From NCBI GenBank assembly GCA_977862235.1, contig OZ374559.1:1612001-1676000 (forward strand): a stretch of DNA of 64,000 nt, written 5' to 3'. Source of the DNA: Dudresnaya verticillata (Eukaryota). Positions 1 to 11,900 of the stretch are shown one piece after another. Position 1 is the stretch's first letter. Each line of letters begins with the position of its first letter. A program made the translations under genes and the position numbers. The notes beneath the pieces are model-generated. The model was not told the DNA's origin. It ran no database searches and saw only the letters and a list, made by a program, of their open reading frames with translations.

Positions 1-2555
1 AAAATGCGTATACCCCAAAGCCTCCTAGAGAGAGCCCATCGCTCGCCCCTTTAGCTGTAACAATGAACATTGTAACATAACACCGAGTAATGGTCTTTTT
101 GGATGATCGCAGATATCCCTCTACTACCAGCTTCGCCCAATGAGAATGGCGTAAAACAAACCCCTACAGTTTCACATTCCGTAGATAAAGATTGTGCAGG
201 GGGGAAATCTCCAGTTCGTTTTCCTCAGGCTATGAAGATATGCTAAGTTTCGAATTCTCTGCCCATACTTTCGTGTAAAGAACCGTCTACATGCGGGGCA
301 ACAAGGAATTATCCGCCGTGTCTGGAAAAACGTTGAAAGTCGCTTCTTTTCCCGACTGTAAAATCTTGTTGCCGGTTTCATATCGCCTGGGATCATATCA
401 AGCATCCGAGGAGGAGCAAGTGCGGAATTGCTACTTTGTGTAGTGTACTCCATCATCCATCTGGGAGAGGTGACAGAGTACGCATTTGCATATGCCCCTT
501 TCCGGTATTGCTTTGTTTGCGACAGGGGGAACTGCTTTGTTGGTGCAGAGCTGTCGTTTACAAAATTTTGTACAGCGAGCGAACGAAAATGATCTCCGCA
601 AACGTTCATATGTATTCGCGGCGCCCTCGGAATTATGGCATTGTAATGCTGGGATTTCGTCGCTTTGTTCCTGACATCAACCGCTCTGTACTGAAACTAG
701 TTTCACCCGACGTTACAGCTAGCCCAGCCCGTGCTTTTGTTTGAACAGACCGAAGGTAACACTCTCCTTTTTCTTCTGAAAGAATGGGATATCTGCAGCA
801 GACTTCCGCCTAGAAAACCTGGTAGCAAATCCTGAGATAAGCTCGATATTGTAAAGACGATTACTGCATATGGTTCATGTTCTCACGTGGGGCTCTGCAA
901 ATAAATCTGTTAATCCCCTCGCAACTTCGATTTGAAGTATGTAGATACCTACACAAGTAGGATCTTAAGTAGGGAGCATCACAGCACTACACCAAGCAAA
1001 GCCACACTGAAGCGGAATAGCTTAGTGGTTTCTTTTTGCTTGGACCGCCATGGAGGTCGTGGGATCGAGTCCCGCGGGTGCGTGCACGTGCGAAGCTGGA
1101 GAGTAGTCTGCCAGTACAACATTAAATATATATGGAATGCGAAACCGTAAGAATGTACCTTTACCCAAAGGTGGAGAAGGTCCGATGGATAATTTGGCAA
1201 GAAGAAGGGTTCTATTATTCTTCGATCTTCGTGAAGGCGAGCAGTATAATCGTTCTTTTACGACGTATCTATTCCACTGTTTGCGCAGAAAGAAAAGTCG
1301 TTGAATGAGCATTAACCTTCCACATCGAGTGCGGTCTGTATGCAATGTGGCATGCATAGTTCTGAGCTGCGCTCGTGAGCACAGGGTTTTCTTACACTGG
1401 TCTTCTTCTATTGGAATCGGTGGGCTTTTCAAAGGGGATCCAAAGGGTACAACGCAGTATAGGTCTACCCATCTACGAAATAATAACATCCTTGTCTAAA
1501 GGTTCTAATCTCTAGTTCTTAGGGAAGCAATGTCGACATGACGATTGAACATATTCGGGCTCTTAATGGACTTCGACTTTGACTTCCAAGGTCTATAGCA
1601 AACCAAATCCTCATCCGATTCTACTGTTGGATGCCCTTTTTTACAGTTTAAGGGAGATGGTCTGCGCAACGTTCTCTCATGCTCATGCTTGGGTCCAAGC
1701 TTGGACACTTCCTATTCGGTTTTAATCACCTCTCTGTCTGCGAATGGCGATAAATGAAACTTCCGGTTAAATACACCATTGCAGCTTCCTTTCATGCATT
1801 GGATTGCAGTCTTATCTATCAGTGTCAGAGAACGCTTACTGTTTCCCGAAATGCATTTCAAGGTTGCAGACTGGCACAGTTGAATCGCTGCCATTGTCGA
1901 GGGCATTACATGCTAATTGTTCCATATTGTGTAATACCGCAGGACAAGGGCGATGTGTTTTTCTCGGCATGGAACGGAAAAACTTTCTGGTCATGTTCAT
2001 AACACAGTACAATTGTTCTATCATAAGATGTAGCAGGGAGTTACCCATCTACGCCGTTCTTCCTGCGTATTTCGCACGTTCGTTTTTTGCTATTTCGAGT
2101 TCCGTAAGGTCTTCAGAAATGCTATTGTTGCAATACAGTAATGCTCAATCCAACTCGATCCATTGTACATAAAAGAGGATGTACGGCATTTAATGCTCTG
2201 GGCATTGCTGGAGGAAGGCGTGTACCTGACAATGCGTCTCCTCTATTACACAAAACGAGTACCTATTGAAGTCTCCAACAGTTCCAATTTGGTACTACCA
2301 AACAATGTTTGTCTACTACTTTCAGGCAGCATTCTTGGGGTAGGACAACAGAAGATTATTCTCAGGATGCCAACTACTCAACTTAGACGATCTGTCAATG
2401 CGGGTTAGCCTGTTGAGCCCAAATGTAAAATCGTTCCGACCACGCAGATGTTACCACAGCATGAATGCACTGCAAGCAAATACAGAGAGTCTTGCCGATG
2501 TCCGCGAAGTGTCAGTCCGCCTCCCGTATCACAAACTCTGACTCGTGCATCACAA
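1..2555. repeat. Direct segmental repeat, copy A
   Basis: Near-identical to 45928-48482 at constant offset 45927; homology continues, more diverged, through gene copies 1 and 7. Confidence 0.95.
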
Positions 2556-3838
2556 GTTGGGACACCGAAGATGACGTGGTATTCTGACCTATTTGAAACA
2601 TAGCCAAATCGTTGCGATTTCTGCGAAGATTAATATCGAACCTAAGGACTTCTTGCGTGCTTTAGACAAGGGGGCCCAAATACTGGTCGATGAAGCCGGC
2701 GGTTCAGAAAAGATTGCTTTAGTTTTCTGCACGCAAGGCCTCATCACAGGCTGCGCTTCGTCTCGGCATAGAGCTGCACATAGCAAATGTGAAAGCACTC
2801 ACTCTTCTGAACGGATTGTAGCACAATTCCAGCTGCGCATGAAAATCCTACAAGGCCGCTCCTGTTTTTATTTCCGCGCTCCCTGTGCAAAGAAGACAAC
2901 CTGCTGGCTCATGCCGTCTTGTTTGTAAGGCTGTCCACTTTTGTACCTGGCGAGTATCTCTCATCTCCCTGTTGTACACCACCATTTTGCAAACGTTATT
3001 ATAGATCGTGTACAGCAATGCGGCTTGAAATGGCAGTACCCGGGATATTTACTGCAGATGCTTGGTACAGCTGTTCCAACACTTCAGGGGGTTTCCCCTA
3101 TACCATTTTGTCATAAGCCGAACAATCCAATTGCAAACCTCTAGGGTGATACGTAAAGCGCCCTCCAGCTGACGTAGCAAGATCCTGCTAGTTGCTCATC
3201 TGGTAAAGACAGATTGCATACTTACTGCAAATGGAGATCGACAACACATATTGTAAAGAAAAACAGTGATTGCTGGATAAAACAAACACCTACAATAAAG
3301 TGCAAGCAAGGAACGAAATCACATAAGAGAGAGCAACAAGTTTCAAGGAGTTCGCGTTTTGAACATTTACCCCGGGAAAGGACCATAATTAGCAACACAT
3401 TACGGGGAAGATATTTACGAACATTCTAAATGAGTAAACGCCATAGGGGGAGTTGGAAAAGCACTTTGCACTGCAGAAAGTTTACGATGGATAACACTCA
3501 TTGCAGCATATTACAGAACCATACTATTTTGTCGATAGTTCCGGTTTTCAATGCAGCTCCACGAACTTGCTTCATGTATTGGTACTAGACCTTTAATAAC
3601 ATTGGATAGATCCCTAGATGTATGGTAAAGAAGCTAAGTCACGCGTTGTGGAATGATACTGTACAACAATGCGGCAAGCAGTCCGTTCGTTTCTGGTACA
3701 GCATAGAGCAAAACGTAACTATTCGCGGATTCTATTTTCTCCTCTGATCCACAAAGCCTGCTCTGCAGCTTTCGGCACAGCACCATAGCTATCCACAAGA
3801 ACATACTTTGAAGATAAGCGCAACCCGACTAAAGGCAT

Positions 3839-3845
3839 TATACAA
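3839..3845 (+). promoter_or_regulatory. Degenerate TATA box of copy 1 (TATACAA)
   Basis: Same position and context as TATATAA in copies 4, 5 and 7. Confidence 0.45.
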
Positions 3846-3943
3846 GAACGTTTCATTCTGCCTCACCAGTTTCTTCGATAAGCCCCACAGGAAACTATAC
3901 AGCCCAGCTCACTCTCTTTACAAACCATTCAGCTACATCAAAT

Positions 3944-4543
3944 ATGAAGTCCTTCAAAACCATTCTTATTCTCTCTGCAACTGTTTTGTTGTTCGCCAGT
4001 CTGGCTCATTGTACAAAGGTTGGGCTGAAGGAAGATGTAAAGAGCAATGCCGAAGCTGACACAGTCATCAATGAAAGCAAGAGAGACATCGAACTGCATA
4101 CTGATAATACTCTGGAGGCCGGTATTGAGCTCAAGGGAGATGTGAAGGCAAGCAAGGCGACGGACACAGTTCTGGGCCATGACTCCAAGATGGCCAAACT
4201 CGACACATCTGAGAAGGTTCCAGGCAGTCCCTACAGCGGTGCCTTCATTCTATGCGAGGGTAAAACTCCAGTTTCCTACCTCACAACTATCAGGACCCGC
4301 TCCATGGAGCTCCTTGCAGGCTACCGTGGCTCGTGCAGCTACAAGACTGTGGCCGGGGATGGACAGTTTAACCACGCTGCTCTGTGGAAGGGATCCTTCA
4401 CTGGAATGGACTTCTACTACGAGCGCCTTATCAACTGCGGCACTGGACAGGCTTGCGTGTACCGCCGTACTGCTAGCTCTACTGTTCCGATCTACTGCTG
4501 TTCCAGGTTTTATGAGGCGCACGTCGTGACTTTTGGCATCTAA
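3944..4543 (+). CDS. Secreted Cys-rich prepro-protein, copy 1 (long type, 199 aa), function unknown
   Basis: Intact ATG-TAA ORF; hydrophobic N-terminus MKSFKTILILSATVLLFASLAHC; acidic pro-region; C-terminal VPGSPY...TFGI domain with 6 Cys, shared by 7 paralogs. Confidence 0.9.
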   Translation: MKSFKTILILSATVLLFASLAHCTKVGLKEDVKSNAEADTVINESKRDIELHTDNTLEAGIELKGDVKASKATDTVLGHDSKMAKLDTSEKVPGSPYSGAFILCEGKTPVSYLTTIRTRSMELLAGYRGSCSYKTVAGDGQFNHAALWKGSFTGMDFYYERLINCGTGQACVYRRTASSTVPIYCCSRFYEAHVVTFGI

Positions 4544-5276
4544 GCACTTCATTCATCAGAAGCTGCCTGACGTCTCTTTCTGGACGAACATGGTAAACTA
4601 TTTAGCTCTGACTGGGGATTGTTCTAGAGCTCCTTGTTATTGATGTAAGTCCTATTAGTACAGTTGGGACATCACATTAGTCCTGATTGTCGTGGCTGTC
4701 CTGATTGTGAAAATATTATGGGAGAATAGTCAGCCCCAATAGCTCCAGATGTGTAGAAGCAGCGAACTCCGAATAAAGTTGAGAAGACGTAACGAAACAA
4801 TAGAACGCTGGCTTCCTCCAGACAGAGAGAGAACCCCTTATTAGCAACTGAGCAGGAGCCCCAAGTAATCACATAAGGATGAAAAGGAAATGTTGCCTCT
4901 ATTGTCAAAGCCGCACTTCTTCCAGAAATGGGTAATGCTCGTTAGTAGCAGTTTGGTATGGCTTAAAGGGGGCGCCAACTGGCTTCAGAAAGTACGGAAA
5001 CTTGTGTCATGAAAGCTTAAGTGTAAACGAGTGGGTGGGTGCGAGAAAGGACGGAGTTTGCCACAGAACGTCAGTGAGCAGCAGGCATTAGCGTTCTTAT
5101 ACTACGCAGTCTTAGCTACTGTACTATATTGATCCTCTTCCACTTCTTAGTCCATCACACGATCCGATGGCTGTATCCGAAGTGGCGATAGTGTTCGCGT
5201 ACAGTATCACTACAGTTATCGTCGATAATCTTAGATCCTCTGTGGGACGGTCGGAGTAGCTCCCTATTCCTAGTCC

Positions 5277-8200
5277 TATGGATCTTTGAATCTGTCATGA
5301 ACGGTTTTATTCATATTGTGTGATAATGAATCACATTGACTAGTGATCCCATTATTTACCGGTCGCTACGAAAACCTTTTGGTTGTTCTAGTTTGCTATA
5401 AGTACTTGTCACAACCTGTCACATAGATTGATAACCGCAGACGTTTCAAGAACTCCACCGCCATTTGCTGAAAACTATCTACTGGTTTATCGTTCTTCTC
5501 TTAGTTATGGGGGCAACGCCCGGTATGGCTTCTCAGCCTACCCGCCTTCGTTTTTCCTGGGACGTTAAGAATGTGCCCTGGACTGACGGAAAAGGCATCC
5601 AAGAAGAGTACCGTATTTCTGTTTCTCTATGTAATGCCTTCCATGATAAGTTACCGGAGTCTAACTCCATCAAGATACCTTTTGGTCTCCGCGGGATGAT
5701 GTTACAATCCCAGCTTTATAGCAGAGCTCGAGATCTCAAAATCAAATCAATTCCAGATGCTACGATACAATCTGATTCGGATCGGATGCCATTGTCAAGG
5801 CCATCTACAAGCGTTACGCACTCACAGTAGTGATTGAGGTCTACCATGATTTTATATCAATTCTAAATACCAAGCGTGGTTCAATGGAGACGTTTAATAA
5901 CTTTCAATCTCGCTTTCATGCGCAAGTATCTAAATTCAATTACAATTCATCAAATACGAGGTTACTGGATGCGTTAACCGCGTTCATGTTGCTTGCCAAT
6001 TCGGCAATAGATGCGAGCCAAAAAGTCTCTGTACTCGCTGCTGCATCTCCTTCCAATGGTTCAGTATCTTCCGATTCTACAACACACCAGTTCCTTGATT
6101 CAGTTTCTTATGAATTTGTTACTTCCGTGTTGCGCCAGTGTGAGCAGACGAAAGCTCATGATGTTGGCTCTCCTAACACTACAATTTCAGATCTAAGTTC
6201 TACGAAAGGTTCATTTGGGTCCAACTCTCATAAGAAGCATGGGAAAGGGAAACCAAGCCTCACTCCTGAGCAACTTGCTGACCTAAAATCACGATCTAAA
6301 TGTCGTCAGTGCCACAAATATGGCCATTGGCAGACAGAACATAACTCAGATGGTTCTCTTAAGCCTGGGTCAAATCTTCACCTGAAGCTGTTAGTGTTTC
6401 ACAATCATCATCCGGATCACCAAAGAAAAAGACTATTCGGTTCAATATGGTACAGTGTTCCGACCGTTGTTCCCTTGAGACAGAATTTGTTGGCCCAATA
6501 CTGGATAACGGGGCACCATACAGCGGTATGGGGATGGAAGAGTTCCTTCTCTTGCAGCCTATGATTGTTCCGGCATGGGATCGAAACCTGCTACCAATAC
6601 CTGAAGAGATACAACCGTTTCCGTTCTAGCAGTACGGTACTGGTCAACACTCCAGTGACTCAAGAAAGATACTCGGATCTGTTATCCTGAAGGCCAGTAC
6701 TGACCGGAAGGGAACTGCTTTCATACGACATCTTATAATCGAAGGCTCATGGCAATGGGTTGTTGGTCGTAACATGACCAAGTACTGTGATATTTTACAT
6801 AGGAGAAAAAACAAGATTGTACTCCCCGATTCCCTGGATTCAATCTCCCTGATTGATGCTAACTTTCACAGTCACATGCCATGCAACATCTTTGTCCATA
6901 GAGACCTGTACTGTTCACCGTCAATGACAAGCAAGATATTTTGTGCCACTGCTACGGTATCAGACTCTAACGCCAATCGGCCTTGGAATGAGATTAAGAA
7001 AGTGATCGACAAGGTTCACGCCCATGTTTGTGGACACTCGAATTACTCAGATATTAAGATATTGCTCGAACGAAACGGGCTTTGGGGTGGTGAAGCTCAG
7101 AAATATCTCCGTCGCATTATAGAAAAATACCCAAGCTGTGAAACGACATCCAAATCTGCCGCCACTCGCAAAGTCTCAGTAAATACTATTAGCCGTGCGT
7201 TCAATGAGGTCGTTTGGATCGACCATTTACACCTTGAGGATCTTAGGGTGTTTCACGTGAGGGATTCTGTGACACGTTACTCCGACGGTGATGTTGTGTC
7301 AGATACCTCTATGAATTGAGCAATCCTGGTCCTTGAAACTCGGTGGAATTCTCAGTTCTGGGTCCCTTCGGCTATTTTATATGACTCTGCATTCAAAAAC
7401 GCTGCATTTGCAGCATATCGGAAGAACAATGACATTGAGGCACGACCAATGCCTCCACGGAGGCATAATAAGAATGTAATTGAGTCCAAGCACAAGGTGA
7501 TTCGTGGCACATACCTACGCTTGAAGCATGAGATGCCTAATTGCACGATTGATTACCAAACGTTACTCATACGGCAAGCATTGCGCATTTCGAGCGATCT
7601 GTACGGCACCGATGTTTGCTCTGCACATGAATTGGCTAAAGGGTACACCAGGCCAATTACTGCTTGCTCATTCCCAGTTCGAGTCCCTCAAGACCTCTTG
7701 GCTGCTCACGATGAACTCATTGCCAAACGCAAGCTAACGAATATTCTACGGTCCAAATCAATAACAGAGTTGCCTATTAATGTTGGAGATATTGTTCAAA
7801 TTTTCATGACACATCAACACGAGAAAAGAGGCAAGTGGTCTGAACCATGCACTGATATATCCGTGGATAACGCCTAAGGTACCATTACTGTTCCAGGTAA
7901 GAAAGGACGCTCTGTTTCTGCAGCACGAGAAGAGTCAGAGCAGCTATTACGGAAAGTTCTCTCGCTTCCTCCATTCAAGAAGCAATTGATGCAATAACCG
8001 TCACTGTTGAAGAGGCCATTGATGAAACTAATGAAAATCAAAACGGTAACGAATCAGATACTACCCAACCTATTCACGAAAGCTATGATGTGGAAAATTT
8101 CGAGAATGGTCAAGAAGATATTTTATCTACCCCACCTGGTGTTGGTGTTTCAATAGAGGTTTATTGGCCTCTTGACGAAAGTTTCTACCCCGGTACTGTT

Positions 8201-8559
8201 GCTTCGGTTAATGAAGGGCATACATGTGATATTGAATATGATAATGGTGATGAAGAGACTCTTAATCTGGATGATGAGACATGGCGCTACCCCTCTAACG
8301 ATGCATTAGCCACGAATACTGCCACGATTCAAACAGCGGAGCTGCAAAGTACGGAGCAGGAAACTCTGTTGGAATATGAAAAAATGTTCGGAATGAAAGA
8401 CTTTATGATGCACGAAACACAAGGTCTGTCATCATTCCCCCTTATTAATGCCTTTTTAAAAGAAGAGAGCAACTTCAAGAAGACTGCTACATTGGTTACT
8501 GTCTCTGACATCCCGAAAGATGCAAATGTAATAACAAGTCACGTTATCTACAAAGTTAA
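5277..8559 (+). mobile_element. Inverted partial duplicate of the Copia element (LTR-gag-PR-INT)
   Basis: Mirror of the right-arm copy; LTR 5277-5425; lacks RT/RNase H. Confidence 0.9.
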
Positions 8560-8739
8560 CCTTATAGTAAGAATTTATGTGGGTATGACCGCGTGAAGGG
8601 TAGTATTAGCCCGGCCAGGTCTCGAAAAATAAACAAATTTCTATATCGATGCGCCAACGAATCCACTTGGTGCCACAATAGTTTCTACGCATCCGAAATT
8701 ATATCTCAAATACACGGCCGCAGCGCCAATGAAAAAAAT

Positions 8740-8766
8740 CAGCAGCAGCAGCAGCAGCAGCAGCAG
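8740..8766 (+). repeat. (CAG)9 microsatellite (mirrored at 10683-10709)
   Basis: Directly visible. Confidence 0.95.
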
Positions 8767-8982
8767 AGCTCACCATTGATTGGCGATATGGTGCTCCTTA
8801 CAGCCGACACCTTTGCTGTGCGCCTGATTTCTTAATTTATTCCTTTACTTTTGTGCGCACGCGACCGCCGTTACACCCCGCGCCTGCCTTCGCCGCGGGG
8901 ATTATCATACCAGCACCCAGCGCCGTCCCGCGCCGAAGACGCGGGGTCTAGCGGCGCGCAGCGCTGCCCCCGCCGAGGGCGG

Positions 8983-11900
8983 AGATCCGTCAAAGATCCA
9001 TACTCATCTCTCTCTGTAAAGGGAATCAACCATTCACAACTGGTTTAATTGTCTTGTAATTGCCTCACCCAGATCAATCGACAGTGTGCTGGAAAACAGA
9101 GTTAGTTGTAGAGCGTGGGTAAGAGGACTGTTGGTCTTGCTCAGAGGGTCAGTTAAGTTGATCTTTCCTGGAACCCAGACCATGCGGGTGATATTTTGGG
9201 TTTCAAACTCGTATCTGATAAGGTTAACATCAGCCAGAATGGATCTGTCAATCGAATTGCGACAAGTTGACAATGTGGTGAATAAATCTTTGGAATCAAC
9301 CACAAAATTCAGGTCGATCTGCATATCAAGTAGTAAACTGATAGCTTTGCATAAAGGCTTGCCTTCATCAATGGCTTCACCTGCAGCAAGAATCTCAGCA
9401 GCTCCAATAGACTTGACGGGCCTTTTTGACTTATGGCATGACCATGATAAGGTGTGCAATATAGAGCCAAGCTCAAATTTTCCTAGCAGCAATCCTGACA
9501 CATACTCAAGTTGCCCATAGTCTTCGGATCGGCTGGCATCAGAGAAAACAACAACAGAGATCTCATAAGAACTGTTGTCAGTGGGGCGGTTATATTTGAT
9601 TGTCGTGCCCAACTTTTGTAGTAGACGAAGCGAGTTGATCTGGGTTACAATATGACCAACCGTTGGAGTGGGAGCTTTTTGCTGCAAATAGCTTGCGTAG
9701 AATGCACAGAACGGAGAAATGGAAATCCCTAGCCACTCAGTAGACCTGTTCACAGAGCGGAAAGCTCTATTTTCAATCGCATTCAGTTGCTCTGCGTACT
9801 GTTTTCTTCTGTTTCGGTCAATAGAATGTGGTACCACTTAACAGCTTGAAGCTTATCATCGGCATCAATAGAGATCGAGAAACCATTGTCTTGAGTGATA
9901 TGTAGCCCGTAAAATAGGAATGTTCCTGGAGCATAGAATACTGTACCAAGCTTGTACATAGTCTCAATTTTTATATGCTCTTCTTCACCTTCTGAAGATT
10001 TCTAGCAAACAGAATGTCGTCCACAATCTTAATTGCGATCAGTTGTAGTCCGTCCGTGTTACTAATGTATAATAACTGTGGAACGTAGATGAGCTGCAGA
10101 AAGCCCCTCATTGAATGATCTGAGGAATACATCACTTTGCTCCTGCCATTTCGCATTTTCGTTAACTAATCCATACGCTGCAGGGCGTAATAGCCAATAG
10201 TGGGAGCCATCCTTGCTCTCTCGAGGTGATATCACGTACACATCTCGTTTGGCATCACCAGTTTGAAGAAATGCGCTTGTAAAGTCTATTTTTTGCCAAG
10301 CACCACTTCAACATACAGGAAATAGACAATAGTATTCGAATGCCAAGGGGAGCATATGTTGCACAGTCAGTCTTCATTTTGTGCTTCTCCTTGTTTTTGT
10401 TACCATGTGGCGCGATACGGGCCTTCATCTTCTTGGTGCCATCATCATTACTTTTAACAAGTCGCACCGCCCTCGGCGGGGGCAGCGCTGCGCGCCGCTA
10501 GACCCCGCGTCTTCGGCGCGGGACGGCGCTGGGTGCTGGTATGATAATCCCCGCGGCGAAGGCAGGCGCGGGGTGTAACGGCGGTCGCGTGCGCACAAAA
10601 GTAAAGGAATAAATTAAGAAATCAGGCGCACAGCAAAGGTGTCGGCTGTAAGGAGCACCATATCGCCAATCAATGGTGAGCTCTGCTGCTGCTGCTGCTG
10701 CTGCTGCTGATTTTTTTCATTGGCGCTGCGGCCGTGTATTTGAGATATAATTTCGGATGCGTAGAAACTATTGTGGCACCAAGTGGATTCGTTGGCGCAT
10801 CGATATAGAAATTTGTTTATTTTTCGAGACCTGGCCGGGCTAATACTACCCTTCACGCGGTCATACCCACATAAATTCTTACTATAAGGTTAACTTTGTA
10901 GATAACGTGACTTGTTATTACATTTGCATCTTTCGGGATGTCAGAGACAGTAACCAATGTAGCAGTCTTCTTGAAGTTGCTCTCTTCTTTTAAAAAGGCA
11001 TTAATAAGGGGGAATGATGACAGACCTTGTGTTTCGTGCATCATAAAGTCTTTCATTCCGAACATTTTTTCATATTCCAACAGAGTTTCCTGCTCCGTAC
11101 TTTGCAGCTCCGCTGTTTGAATCGTGGCAGTATTCGTGGCTAATGCATCGTTAGAGGGGTAGCGCCATGTCTCATCATCCAGATTAAGAGTCTCTTCATC
11201 ACCATTATCATATTCAATATCACATGTATGCCCTTCATTAACCGAAGCAACAGTACCGGGGTAGAAACTTTCGTCAAGAGGCCAATAAACCTCTATTGAA
11301 ACACCAACACCAGGTGGGGTAGATAAAATATCTTCTTGACCATTCTCGAAATTTTCCACATCATAGCTTTCGTGAATAGGTTGGGTAGTATCTGATTCGT
11401 TACCGTTTTGATTTTCATTAGTTTCATCAATGGCCTCTTCAACAGTGACGGTTATTGCATCAATTGCTTCTTGAATGGAGGAAGCGAGAGAACTTTCCGT
11501 AATAGCTGCTCTGACTCTTCTCGTGCTGCAGAAACAGAGCGTCCTTTCTTACCTGGAACAGTAATGGTACCTTAGGCGTTATCCACGGATATATCAGTGC
11601 ATGGTTCAGACCACTTGCCTCTTTTCTCGTGTTGATGTGTCATGAAAATTTGAACAATATCTCCAACATTAATAGGCAACTCTGTTATTGATTTGGACCG
11701 TAGAATATTCGTTAGCTTGCGTTTGGCAATGAGTTCATCGTGAGCAGCCAAGAGGTCTTGAGGGACTCGAACTGGGAATGAGCAAGCAGTAATTGGCCTG
11801 GTGTACCCTTTAGCCAATTCATGTGCAGAGCAAACATCGGTGCCGTACAGATCGCTCGAAATGCGCAATGCTTGCCGTATGAGTAACGTTTGGTAATCAA

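Larger units (their letters stand above)
4128..8982. repeat. Palindrome 1, left arm
   Basis: Reverse complement of 10467-15321; all mirrored ORF ends sum to 19449; looser homology extends outward to about 2690/16790. Confidence 0.95.

Noticed and set aside
172..2408. Many short ORFs duplicated at 46267-48335
   Set aside because: No recognisable domains; duplication does not show coding function, and the 145-aa ORF is truncated in the second copy.
4179..4552. Overlapping 116-aa and antisense 100-aa ORFs repeated in most gene copies
   Set aside because: Their recurrence follows from near-identical DNA; copies 6 and 7 truncate them.
8593..8835. Poly-Q 80-aa ORF
   Set aside because: A microsatellite inside a non-autonomous insertion.
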